A DNA stretch of 64,000 nucleotides from Prevotella sp. (GTDB lineage: Bacteria; Bacteroidota; Bacteroidia; Bacteroidales; Bacteroidaceae). This document shows positions 1-9,221 of the stretch, piece after piece; the first letter of the stretch is position 1; each line of letters begins with the position of its first letter. Both the position numbers and the translations under genes were made by a program. The notes under the pieces were generated by a model. It was not told the origin of the DNA and made no database searches. It saw only the letters and a list, made by a program, of their open reading frames with translations. Location of the stretch: assembly GCA_045603685.1 (NCBI GenBank), contig JAZUMR010000014.1, positions 3,101 to 67,100 on the forward strand. The letters run 5' to 3'.

Positions 1-3000
1 AATCTCCTCAAGCACTTCGAATGGCACCTGTTGTGTTGCAGATGTGATAGTATACGTTGCTGTCGGGTTGAAATAAATATTCTCCGGTGATATTGTCGCT
101 GTCACAGTTGCAGTTTTTCCAGAACCGCTAATACTTGTTATGTTACCAGTATTAGAGTCAATACCGAAATCATTATCTACGCTATAAGTCACAGTACTGC
201 TGCTTAGTGCTGCAGGCAATGTCAGCGTAGGCTCTGTAAAGCTTTCTACAAGGTTGCTTGCCAGTGTGTAATCTGTGCCAGAGAACTTCAACTGACTCTT
301 TGTATATGTCACCGTACATTTTGCGACAGAGTGGCAAGCGTCACCGCTTGTGTTGGTGTGTGACACATGTGCCTCAAGTATTGCTGTACCCTCGCCGTCA
401 ATTACAAGGTTTCCGTCCTCGTCGAGATAGATAGTTGTGTTCTCTGTCTTGCCATCATCCTGGTATGAATGATAATGTACGCTTCCACCCTCTTCTGCAT
501 GTACATTAGAGAATGTAGGATAGTCGTGGATATCATCTGCCAGCTGCGCACCATTGATGATATACTCGTTGTTCTTCACTATCACGTGACCGATGCGGTC
601 GAGGAACACCGGAGTAAACGTGATGGCATGTATTTGGAGAGCATCGTTTAGATTCTCTTCATCAGACTTACCATTACCAGCATTATAGAGGTAATATGTA
701 TGGTCAGCCTGCAGAGGAACAGAGAATTCTTTGTCTGCAAACTCATCTGTTTGTGCGCTATAAGAAGCCACAACTGTCTGAGTAGACTTGTCAACAAGAA
801 CAACATTCTGCGATGCGAAGTATGAAGCGTCAAGTGAGAGAACACCGTTCACTGTTGGCTCAAGTCCGAGATATGTACCACCTGTCGGATAGTTTGTCTC
901 TTCATCAACTGTTGCTGCTGCGCCCTGTGCTACGATATCCGTTGTATATCCACTTCCCGGAGTGCCTACAGTCCAATCGCTATCGCCTGTCTTACCGAAC
1001 GACAGTGTGAGTCCTGGTATTGCTGTTGTTACCTGACCTGCCTTGATTGTTCCGTCTTCAGTCATGGTAAGCTTATGTCCGGTAGAACCTACAGCTACAG
1101 ACTCACCGTCAGCCACGACAAGCGAGAGAGTCCATGGCTCCTGTACACCTTCAGCCTCGTTTACTGTCAACGTGTATGATGCATCCGTATAAGCATAGTA
1201 GTTGTTTGCCTCGATGTAGGCTGTGATTATTGCTTCACCAGCGCTTACCAATGTCACCTCACCTGTTTCAGCCACAACAGTAGCCACCTCTGGGTTGCTG
1301 CTCTTCCATTTCACCACGTTCAGTCCCTCCGGATTCTTTGTCAGCACAGGCTCTACGAAGCTGAAGCCGAGTGTTCCTGTTGCTGTTGTCTGCTCATAAG
1401 AGATAGAAGCGGTATTAACCATACGCAATGTAAGTGTGGCGCTATGTCCATCTACTGTTGCTGTAATGGTATGAGTCTTTCCAAGTGTAAAGGTGTTTAC
1501 TTTTACCTTGTCATTTACAACCTCAACATCTGTAGATTCATTTCCGTTAGCGTCTGTAATAGTATATGAAGCGCCTGTAGCACTATTCAGAGTGTATGAA
1601 GTTTCGCCAGACGTAGTAACAGCAACGTCTGTTACAGTATTGCTACCATCCGTCCAATAGAGCTCTGAATATCCAAGGTTGATAGAATAGAGATACAGAC
1701 CGCCGGTAGAAGCCGACATGATGAGTTCCTCTGCACTGATGTCCTCTGTGACACGGTATGTCACAACATTCATTGTCTTTGATGTCTCTGCACCATATAT
1801 CAGCTGCACCTTATCTGCACCTGTACCGCTGAACACCATACCACGCGCACTACTTTCCGATGCTGTCATCATTGTGAGTGTTATGGTCTGGCCAGCCTTC
1901 AGCTCTGGCATATATATCTTGGCGTTCTTGCTCTGCAGACGAATGCTTCCGTCTGTCTGACCGTCAGTGTTAGGATATATTCTTATCTGGTCAGAACCTG
2001 TGGTGGTGAACAGAAGACCTTCCATCACAGCAAGACCGAAGTCTGTTTTCGTGCCTTCGCCTGTCTTGTTCTTGTAATAGTCGTTATTATTATACTCCCA
2101 TGTGCTGTCATCACCATCTACTGTTGTGATGTCCGCCGTGCTCCATGTTGTGAAGTCCCATGTCTTGCCAGCAACGCTCTCATCATCTACTACGGTCAGA
2201 GTGTATGAAGCGTTTGCAGCGTTGAAATATTCTGTTGCCGTTGATGACACAGTAATTGTTGTAGTGCCGGCAGCACCAGGAGTCACAGCACCAGTTTTAG
2301 CATCGACCGTTGCCACATCAGTATTAGAACTGTTATAAGCCAGAGGGTAATTCTTTGGTGTTGTTGTCAATGCGTTTGCCACATCACCCGTTTTCGCTAC
2401 TGTCAACGAAGCGTGCTCAAATTCAAACACTGGCTGACATAGTTCTTCAGATGGTTGGGCTGTCGTGCTGATAGTGTAAGAACTTATATTTACAGTGGCA
2501 GACAGTTCGTTGGTTGAGATTACTACAGAAGAAGCACCAGCAGGCACATCTATTGTGATAGACCCATTTGCCAGAACTGGCTCAATAGTATTTCCGTCAG
2601 CTGTCACAGTAAAGCCATTTACCGCACTAACGTCTGTTGTACTTCCTATTACGATTTGCGTAATCTTATTATTAGCGTCAGTTGGCGCTATTGTAAGAGT
2701 ACCAGCATTATTTCCTCTGAAGAAGAAATTATCATCACCATTATACTTTATCGCCTCACCGCCAGTATACGTAAACGAAAAACCGCCAATTGTTCTGTCA
2801 AGATTCTGTTCCTTTGAACTTGACTGTCCTGCATAATTGAAATCAGAAACGTTGAAGGTGGTAGTTCCAGGTGTCACCTCGGTGATGGTAAGGGTATATG
2901 AAGCTGGAGTTGCAGCCTTAAACAGATTATTATCGCTGTTTGTTCCATCAAACCTTTCTCCACTAAAGTATGCCTGTACTGTAATCGTGCCAGGAGTATT

Positions 3001-4908
3001 GCCGATAGTCACAACACCTGTGTTCTCATCTATTGTAGAACCTGTATTATTATTATCTTCGTCAATCTCGTAACGCACCTTAAAGTTCTGAGGAACCGTT
3101 GTTACAGCAGGACTATTTACTGTGGCATTCGTCCCTATCTCTGCAGTCAACGCATCTGACGCCAGTGTGATAGTAGGAGTCTGCTTACTACCTACATTTG
3201 CAGGAACAGCCGATGTGCAGATAGTCATGGCAGCAATAGCGAAGTCATTGCCATTACCTGTGAAAATAATGATCTGATTTGGAGTAGTTGGCGTAAATCT
3301 AACAGCACCATCTACCTCCGACCATGTGCCTTCGACATTTGTATCAATACCACTATTAGAAATATTTCCACTCTCAGCCTTAGTGAAGTCAATATACCCA
3401 ATAGTATTTCCTTCATCTACTGCCTTTACTGTCATAGTACCTCCATTGCCTATAGCCAATCCTAACTCATAAGAATTGAACTTCGGTGCACTGGCATCGC
3501 CCGTAAACGTCACGTCAAATCCGTCTACCCCAGTACGGTCTAAGCCATTAAAGACGGAAGTGCCAGCATTATAGTTGAAGTCAACGATGTTCAGCGTTGT
3601 CTTAGGCTCGATCACACTTAACGTGTAAGATGAAGAAGCCGCATTATAGTAGTTATTGCCAACGAAGTTAGCAGTGATAGTTGCTGTGCCTGTGGCATCA
3701 GTATTTAAAGTCACCTCACCAGTAGCCGCTATTTCTGAAATAATAGAATTAGAATCTTCTGTTATACTATATGTTACAGCAAAATTATTTGGTGTCGTAG
3801 TCAGAGCATTTGACACCTCACCGCCTACCGTTGTTGTAATTTCTGCAGACGCAAAAGAAAGCAGCGGAGTAACCATATCTGTCGGCATCTCTGTGTCTGT
3901 AACAAGTTTTATTTCAGAAAGGTTAAATTCCCTTCCGTTAGTATGACTGTCATCAGTGTCTTTATCATTGTTTGCAACATTTTTCTTTGCGAAGACAATC
4001 TTAGAAACTCCTGTTGTCAACGAAAGTTTGACAACACCATTATCCACAGTAGCATTTGATGTAAGGTCATTGACATCTCCATCTGTGATAGTGAAATATT
4101 TTGTCTCGCCGTCTATCACACCAGAAGTACAAGTGAACTCAGCACCCATTATCTTCGCTTCGTTGGTTGTAGAGATTGCCACACTACCGTTTTGTGTTGT
4201 GTTTCTTGTTCGGAAAGTCAGTTTATCCGTTGCATTACATTTCAAAGCGTCACCACCAGAGAACTCAAACGTAAAGCCGCAAAGACTGCGGTCCAGTCCA
4301 GCATTCGCATTCTTATTGGTTACATAATTAAAATCAGAGATATTGAATGTAGATACCGACGTTGCCACAGGATCATCTGTATCATCGCCAGCAGATGGAG
4401 TGAAGGTAAAGCCACCTAAACGCAGAGAACCTGAACCAGACATGTAAATATAATATGTGCCATCTTTAATTACATCGAATTCAACTTGCCCTGCTATTTT
4501 TTGTTCGCCACTTCCTTGAAAGCTTGTAATATTTTTACCAGCCCCATCTACAACATTGACTGATTTCGTTGTTTTAGTATTTACGAAAACATTATACGTT
4601 ATTTTACCTGTGGCAGAAGGACGAATCTTCACAAAAGTGCCGGAAGTTGGTATATTATTTTCCAATTGCGCACTCCTTTCCGCAGTTGCCCATATAGTTC
4701 CATAGGCATCACCATTCTCTGGGGTTCTTGTTTCTATCATCCATCCACTAGCATTTTCTACTCCATAGGTTAAATTAACAGAAGCAGTTGCTTGGAATTC
4801 TTCTCCAGGAGTAATCGTACTTTCGGCTATTACAGAATACGTCTCCTGTCCCCATGCGCTTCCTATGATACTCATCAGGAAGCAGATAATTAGATAAAAT
4901 CTTTTCAT
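1..4908 (-). CDS. Giant secreted cell-surface protein with repeated Ig-like (Big_2-type) modules; C-terminus lies beyond the window edge (at least 1636 aa)
   Basis: ATG at 4908-4906 gives MKRFYLIICFLMSIIGSAWGQETYSV, a signal peptide. Hand translation at five spot checks (4908, 4359, 2208, 1179, 30) falls in one frame and reads sensible protein. The last codons at the window start read QVPFEVLEEI with no stop. It is absent from the ORF track only because no stop lies in the window; the + strand ORFs 469-4419 are its shadows. Module ends recur: AASSSYTLSV, ATPASYTLTI, AANASYTLTV, TDASYTLTV. Confidence 0.85.
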   Translation of the reverse strand, partial: MKRFYLIICFLMSIIGSAWGQETYSVIAESTITPGEEFQATASVNLTYGVENASGWMIETRTPENGDAYGTIWATAERSAQLENNIPTSGTFVKIRPSATGKITYNVFVNTKTTKSVNVVDGAGKNITSFQGSGEQKIAGQVEFDVIKDGTYYIYMSGSGSLRLGGFTFTPSAGDDTDDPVATSVSTFNISDFNYVTNKNANAGLDRSLCGFTFEFSGGDALKCNATDKLTFRTRNTTQNGSVAISTTNEAKIMGAEFTCTSGVIDGETKYFTITDGDVNDLTSNATVDNGVVKLSLTTGVSKIVFAKKNVANNDKDTDDSHTNGREFNLSEIKLVTDTEMPTDMVTPLLSFASAEITTTVGGEVSNALTTTPNNFAVTYSITEDSNSIISEIAATGEVTLNTDATGTATITANFVGNNYYNAASSSYTLSVIEPKTTLNIVDFNYNAGTSVFNGLDRTGVDGFDVTFTGDASAPKFNSYELGLAIGNGGTMTVKAVDEGNTIGYIDFTKAESGNISNSGIDTNVEGTWSEVDGAVRFTPTTPNQIIIFTGNGNDFAIAAMTICTSAVPANVGSKQTPTITLASDALTAEIGTNATVNSPAVTTVPQNFKVRYEIDEDNNNTGSTIDENTGVVTIGNTPGTITVQAYFSGERFDGTNSDNNLFKAATPASYTLTITEVTPGTTTFNVSDFNYAGQSSSKEQNLDRTIGGFSFTYTGGEAIKYNGDDNFFFRGNNAGTLTIAPTDANNKITQIVIGSTTDVSAVNGFTVTADGNTIEPVLANGSITIDVPAGASSVVISTNELSATVNISSYTISTTAQPSEELCQPVFEFEHASLTVAKTGDVANALTTTPKNYPLAYNSSNTDVATVDAKTGAVTPGAAGTTTITVSSTATEYFNAANASYTLTVVDDESVAGKTWDFTTWSTADITTVDGDDSTWEYNNNDYYKNKTGEGTKTDFGLAVMEGLLFTTTGSDQIRIYPNTDGQTDGSIRLQSKNAKIYMPELKAGQTITLTMMTASESSARGMVFSGTGADKVQLIYGAETSKTMNVVTYRVTEDISAEELIMSASTGGLYLYSINLGYSELYWTDGSNTVTDVAVTTSGETSYTLNSATGASYTITDANGNESTDVEVVNDKVKVNTFTLGKTHTITATVDGHSATLTLRMVNTASISYEQTTATGTLGFSFVEPVLTKNPEGLNVVKWKSSNPEVATVVAETGEVTLVSAGEAIITAYIEANNYYAYTDASYTLTVNEAEGVQEPWTLSLVVADGESVAVGSTGHKLTMTEDGTIKAGQVTTAIPGLTLSFGKTGDSDWTVGTPGSGYTTDIVAQGAAATVDEETNYPTGGTYLGLEPTVNGVLSLDASYFASQNVVLVDKSTQTVVASYSAQTDEFADKEFSVPLQADHTYYLYNAGNGKSDEENLNDALQIHAITFTPVFLDRIGHVIVKNNEYIINGAQLADDIHDYPTFSNVHAEEGGSVHYHSYQDDGKTENTTIYLDEDGNLVIDGEGTAILEAHVSHTNTSGDACHSVAKCTVTYTKSQLKFSGTDYTLASNLVESFTEPTLTLPAALSSSTVTYSVDNDFGIDSNTGNITSISGSGKTATVTATISPENIYFNPTATYTITSATQQVPFEVLEEI

Positions 4909-5353
4909 CCTTTATACTGTATTTTTTGTTATTATTTTTACTTTCGTGTCACTCACTGCCGGTCAGTCTGCACAATTTTACTCTCTGTCATGGATAATTT
5001 TCCACCGTACAGAAGAAAATTCACCCAGCACACGAGCGGATTTTACTCCTTTTCATCCCGCTGTCCGTAGCCGGAAATAGCGAATGCTCTCTGCTACACA
5101 CTTCCATGGTAGAGGAGAGAGGGAATGTGCGTACTGTGGTCACTGCGAACCGCCAGCCGTAAGTCGTGAATACTAATAATTGTTCGGTTAGTTGGTCAAC
5201 AATCTTTTTCTGTACGACGGCTGTGCATGTCGTGCCTGCCGCTCTTCCTGTTGGTTGTCTGTCCTAACTTGTATTAATAGTTTTTTGCTTTATCTCGCAT
5301 GTCGGCAGCACTCGTATTTTTGCCGCTGCCTTATATATAATGTATACAGGGTG

Positions 5354-5361
5354 CAAAGTTA
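5354..5361 (-). promoter_or_regulatory. Bacteroidetes -7 box TAACTTTG (TAnnTTTG), about 446 nt upstream of the surface-protein ATG
   Basis: The + strand reads caaagtta at 5354-5361. This is the only exact motif between 4909 and 5994 on this strand. Motif evidence only. Confidence 0.45.
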
Positions 5362-5530
5362 ATATATTTTTTACAATCAGCAAAGAATTTTAGCAACTTA
5401 ACACGTTAAAAAATGATAACAAAAAGACAAGGGCTGAACATGTGAGTTTGTTTCAAACGCTGACTCTTCCATTTCCCCTGTCTCACGAGATACATGGAAG
5501 TATTTTCTTTTCCACTGATGACACTGATAA

Positions 5531-5630
5531 ACACGGATTTATCTTTAATTGAATAAAACCTGTAAAATCTTTTTCTTTGTTTTGGATGTTTTGTTTATAA
5601 CGAACACGGATTGCTCGGATTGACACGGAT
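5531..5630. repeat. Three direct copies of ACACGGAT (5531, 5604, 5623) in an AT-rich spacer
   Basis: Read directly from the sequence: aaacacggattt, gaacacggattg, tgacacggatga. Confidence 0.6.
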
Positions 5631-5658
5631 GATTATTCACAAAAACATTAAAGAACCA

Positions 5659-5765
5659 CTTATAGGCGGATGCTCTGCGAGCATAATGATATGCGTAGAT
5701 ATCCATATGTAAACAAGTTTCCATTTGTCTATCTTCACATATCACGTCTGACAACCGCCTATAAG
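5659..5765. repeat. Perfect 11-bp inverted repeat, CTTATAGGCGG (5659-5669) and CCGCCTATAAG (5755-5765), 85-bp spacer
   Basis: Exact reverse complements read in the sequence. Confidence 0.7.
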
Positions 5766-5780
5766 AAAAAACAATAAAAA

Positions 5781-6012
5781 CAGTTAGTTGACAAGTAGAT
5801 TTTTAAGTTGACAAGTTGACGAGTAGACGAGTTGACAAGTTATTTGATAACCTTTTCCGAGGTGCTCTTTCAGCTTTCAGTTTTCAGTTTTGCCAGCATT
5901 CACTGTTCGCGCACCAAACGGTACGAACCGCGTCCGTACTTCGTTTGACGTTCGCTGCTCATGCTGACGAAGCTTCGCTTTCCGTTTTCCGTTTTCACCT
6001 TTCCGTTTCCAA
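5781..6012 (-). repeat. Composite interspersed repeat, family A copy 1 (GTTGACRAGT array + GAAAG-rich array + about 90-nt hairpin core at 5891-5978)
   Basis: Shares cgctgctcatgctgacgaagc and tgccagcat..caaacg..cgtttgacg with copies at 9795-10064 and (reverse-complemented) 10879-11012. Overlaps the last 5 codons and the stop of the 5995-6576 CDS. Confidence 0.8.
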
Positions 6013-6576
6013 GTTGTTGTCTTTAACGATGTTACGGAGTGTTGTGCCGTCGTCGATATTACCGATAAAGCGGGTGAGCACACGAATCTTCGGACCATGG
6101 CCTGCCTGCACGAGGTCTTTGATAGAATTGCCTACGCAGTAGTCGCCGCAGAGTCCTGCAACGTATATTTCCTGTATGCCGTTGTCTTCTATGATGCTGA
6201 GGAGTTTCGCTGCGCTGGCGGCGTTCGCCATGATGGAATACTCGTCTACTGCCACGTTGTCGCCCTTTGTTAGCACTGGCGCACATGGTATCAGCTTATT
6301 GACCGCCTCGAAGACAGGCTGATAGATGCTTGCTCCATGACTATGAGCGACACAATGTACTGGCCACAGTCCTCCGTTGTCCTTGAACGATGAATGGTTG
6401 TAAGGATGGAAGTCGGCGGTCATAACTATCTGGCTGAACGTATCTGCTGGCTGCTCTGCGATATATGCTGCCAGGCTATCCATAATGGCTGGCGCTCCGT
6501 CTACTGCAAGAGAGCCATTGATGAAATCATACTGCACATCTATGAGAAGCAGAAGTTTCTTCGTGTTTGTTGTCAT
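5995..6576 (-). CDS. pncA: Isochorismatase-family hydrolase, nicotinamidase/pyrazinamidase-like
   Basis: 193 aa with an ATG start. Motifs LLLIDVQYDF, WPVHCV and GLCGDYCV match the Asp / metal-binding His / catalytic Cys pattern of nicotinamidases. Confidence 0.75.
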   Translation of the reverse strand: MTTNTKKLLLLIDVQYDFINGSLAVDGAPAIMDSLAAYIAEQPADTFSQIVMTADFHPYNHSSFKDNGGLWPVHCVAHSHGASIYQPVFEAVNKLIPCAPVLTKGDNVAVDEYSIMANAASAAKLLSIIEDNGIQEIYVAGLCGDYCVGNSIKDLVQAGHGPKIRVLTRFIGNIDDGTTLRNIVKDNNLETER

Positions 6577-6711
6577 AACTATTGTGATTTATATGAGGAG
6601 GGGTGAGGTTAAAGGGGGTGCGTTATCGTTCACGCCTACCCTCACCTGCTGTCTTTATTTGCGAAGAGCAGCAATGATGTTTTTATTTACGTGTATATAC
6701 TAAAGTATGTG

Positions 6712-6719
6712 CAAATTTA
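6712..6719 (-). promoter_or_regulatory. -7 box TAAATTTG upstream of the nicotinamidase gene
   Basis: The + strand reads caaattta, about 136 nt upstream of the ATG at 6576. Confidence 0.45.
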
Positions 6720-6896
6720 CAAATAAAATTTAGAAAGCATGGCGTTTTTATCAAAAAAACTTAAAACCGACTATACTTTTTGCGTTCTCTGACGTCTTAT
6801 AAGTAATTTCGCAGATGAAAAGCATAGTATCGGCAAAGCGAATTTACAATAAAGAGTACAACACAGATTATTAACACTTAACTAAAACGTAAGAAC

Positions 6897-7766
6897 ATGA
6901 AAAAAAGCATTTTAGCAATAGCAGTATTGGCGGGCGCAATGGCATTCAGCAGTTGCGCAAGCAAGAAAGACCTGGAGAACTGCCGTCTGCAGAACAGCGA
7001 ACTGACTGCGAAGTTCCAGGACAGCAAGGAACAATTAGCGGCTGCCAACGAGCGCATCAACTCTCTTTCTGACCAGCTGGCACTAAGCCGCGAGCAACTG
7101 GCAGAGGCTAAGGAGAACTACGCATCGCTGCAGAAGAGCCTCGACAAGAGTCTGAGCAACACTACTGACAACAACATCAACATCTCAAAGCTTGTTGACC
7201 AGATTAACGAGTCAAATCAGTATATCCGCCACCTTGTGGAGGTGAAGAGCAAGAGCGACTCGCTCAATATGGTGCTGACAAACAATCTGACACGCTCGCT
7301 GAGCCGTGAGGAGTTGAAGGAGGTTGACGTGCAGGTGCTTAAGGGCGTGGTATACATCTCTTTAGCAGACAATATGCTGTATAAGAGCGGCTCGTATGAA
7401 ATAAACGAGCGTGCAAGTGAAACGCTGTCGAAGATTGCGAAAATCATCATGGACTATAAGGACTATGACGTGCTGATAGAGGGCAATACGGACAACGTGC
7501 CTGTTAACGCTGCTGCGGCTTCTATGAAGAACATCCGCAACAACTGGGACCTCTCTTGTCTGCGTGCGTCAAGCGTTGTGCAGGAACTGCAGAACAAGTA
7601 TGGCGTAGACCCTAAGCGTCTGACTGCCGGCGGCCGTGGCGAGTATAACCCGCTCACAGACAACGACACAGAACTGGGCAAGCAGCGTAACCGCCGCACT
7701 CAGATTATCATCACTCCGAAGCTCGACCAGTTTATGGATCTCATTGACAAGGCTCCAGAGGAGTAA
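6897..7766 (+). CDS. OmpA/MotB-domain lipoprotein with a coiled-coil N-terminal half
   Basis: Lipobox MKKSILAIAVLAGAMAFSSC. The C-terminal OmpA-like domain reads LIEGNTDNVP..NWDLSCLRASSV..GRGEYNP..NRRTQIIITP. Confidence 0.85.
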   Translation: MKKSILAIAVLAGAMAFSSCASKKDLENCRLQNSELTAKFQDSKEQLAAANERINSLSDQLALSREQLAEAKENYASLQKSLDKSLSNTTDNNINISKLVDQINESNQYIRHLVEVKSKSDSLNMVLTNNLTRSLSREELKEVDVQVLKGVVYISLADNMLYKSGSYEINERASETLSKIAKIIMDYKDYDVLIEGNTDNVPVNAAAASMKNIRNNWDLSCLRASSVVQELQNKYGVDPKRLTAGGRGEYNPLTDNDTELGKQRNRRTQIIITPKLDQFMDLIDKAPEE

Positions 7767-7781
7767 GCATCTGGTCATCAT

Positions 7782-7817
7782 AAAAAAAGGCAGGCTGATT
7801 CAGGCCTGCCTTTTTTT
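7782..7817. terminator. Bidirectional rho-independent terminator shared by convergent genes
   Basis: A7, stem ggcaggc (7789-7795) paired with gcctgcc (7804-7810), then T7. Confidence 0.85.
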
Positions 7818-7822
7818 ATGAC

Positions 7823-7900
7823 TATAGATGTTCTAGAGGCTCTAGATACTCTAGAATTTCTAGATGTTCTAGAGGGTCTAGATGTTCTAGAGAGACTATA
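7823..7900. repeat. 9-bp-phased array of the palindrome TCTAGA (7 perfect copies plus degenerate ends)
   Basis: TCTAGA at 7832, 7841, 7850, 7859, 7868, 7877 and 7886, exactly 9 bp apart. Flanked by ctataga (7822) and actata (7895). Confidence 0.9.
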
Positions 7901-7904
7901 CTGC

Positions 7905-9071
7905 TTATTCTGCCAGGAGTGCATCAGCCAGTTCCTGGAGTTTCGGTATGTCTGTTGTCTTCATTCTCGACTTTATGGTTACCATCGGCTGCACGATAGT
8001 GATGTTCTTCATCTCCTGCAGCATGCTGGTCATAATCTTACCTGCTGTCGGCGCCCATGAGCCGTTCTCGATTACAGCCACACGGCGGTTCTGGTAGTTC
8101 TTCATCTGCAAGTGATGGAGGAACTTGTGCATCGGCGGGAAGACATTGGCATCGTATGACGCCGCAGCCACTACGAGGTGTCCCATACGGAAGGCGTCTT
8201 CCACAGCCTCTGCCATGTCGTCACGCGAGAGGTCGGCAAGTGCAACTTTTCCTGCACCTTTTTCACGCAGAATCTCTGCCATACGCTCTGCCGCCGCCTT
8301 TGTCCCGCCATGGATTGAAGCGTAAGCCACCAGCACACCCTCTGTCTCTACTTCGTATGCCGCCCATGTCTTATACAGTCCGACATAATAGTCGAGGTTT
8401 TCTGTCAGTATAGGTCCGTGAAGCGGGCAGATGATATTAATATCGAGCGCGGCAGCCTTCTCCAAGAGGCGTGTCACCTGCGGGCCATACTTGCCGCAGA
8501 TATTGAAGTAATAGCGGCGTGCCTCGCAAGCCCAGTCTTCGTCAGCTGACAGTGCGCCAAACTTGCCGAATCCGTCGGCAGAGAAGAGAATCTTGTCAGT
8601 ATCGTCGTAACTTACGATAACCTCCGGCCAGTGTACCATAGGCGCGGCATAGAAAGTCAGCGTGTGCTCGCCGAGCGACAGACGGTCGCCCTCCTTCACC
8701 TCTATGGTGCGTCCCTCCAGGTTTATCCCCTCGAAGAACTGCGGCAGCATCTGCAACGCCTTGGCGGAGGTTACGACAGTCAGTGACGGGTATTCTGCCA
8801 GCATGTCAGCAACAAGCGCAGCATGGTCTGGTTCCATGTGATGCACAACAAGGTAGTCAGGCTGTCGGCCGCCGAGAGCCTCAGCAAGGTTTTTCTTCCA
8901 TTCGTCTGCCTTGCGTGCATCGGCAGTGTCGAGCACTGCAACTTTCTCGTCGAGTATTATATATGAATTGTATGACATGCCGTTAGGTACGTCATACTGG
9001 CTTTCAAACAAATCAATATCAAGGTCATCCACCCCGATATATCTTACCTTTTCTGTGATTTTTGTATTCAT
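7905..9071 (-). CDS. Class A flavodiiron protein (FprA family; metallo-beta-lactamase-like plus flavodoxin-like domains)
   Basis: 388 aa. Di-iron motif VVHHMEPDH, and the N-terminus KVRYIGVDDLDIDLFESQY..GMSYNSYII is typical of FDPs. Confidence 0.85.
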   Translation of the reverse strand: MNTKITEKVRYIGVDDLDIDLFESQYDVPNGMSYNSYIILDEKVAVLDTADARKADEWKKNLAEALGGRQPDYLVVHHMEPDHAALVADMLAEYPSLTVVTSAKALQMLPQFFEGINLEGRTIEVKEGDRLSLGEHTLTFYAAPMVHWPEVIVSYDDTDKILFSADGFGKFGALSADEDWACEARRYYFNICGKYGPQVTRLLEKAAALDINIICPLHGPILTENLDYYVGLYKTWAAYEVETEGVLVAYASIHGGTKAAAERMAEILREKGAGKVALADLSRDDMAEAVEDAFRMGHLVVAAASYDANVFPPMHKFLHHLQMKNYQNRRVAVIENGSWAPTAGKIMTSMLQEMKNITIVQPMVTIKSRMKTTDIPKLQELADALLAE

Positions 9072-9221
9072 ATTATTATATCCTATATTTTTTCTTTTTA
9101 CCTTTCTGCATATTACAAAATCCGTGCCGATTTGATTTGTCTGCAGGATATGCTGTTGTTATGTCATGAAAGTGACAATGACGGTGCGGAGCGTCATGGG
9201 GAAGCGAGTGCAGCCCAAGGG

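Noticed and set aside
5545-5754. 69-aa ORF in the AT-rich spacer.
   Set aside because: It has no promoter box and no signal or motif, its composition is typical of AT-rich non-coding DNA, and it overlaps the ACACGGAT and inverted-repeat elements.
4909-5994. Invertible (phase-variable) promoter in front of the giant surface-protein gene.
   Set aside because: I found no long inverted repeats bracketing the promoter box at 5354 and no site-specific recombinase nearby. The only inverted repeat (5659/5765) encloses 85 bp that lack a promoter motif.
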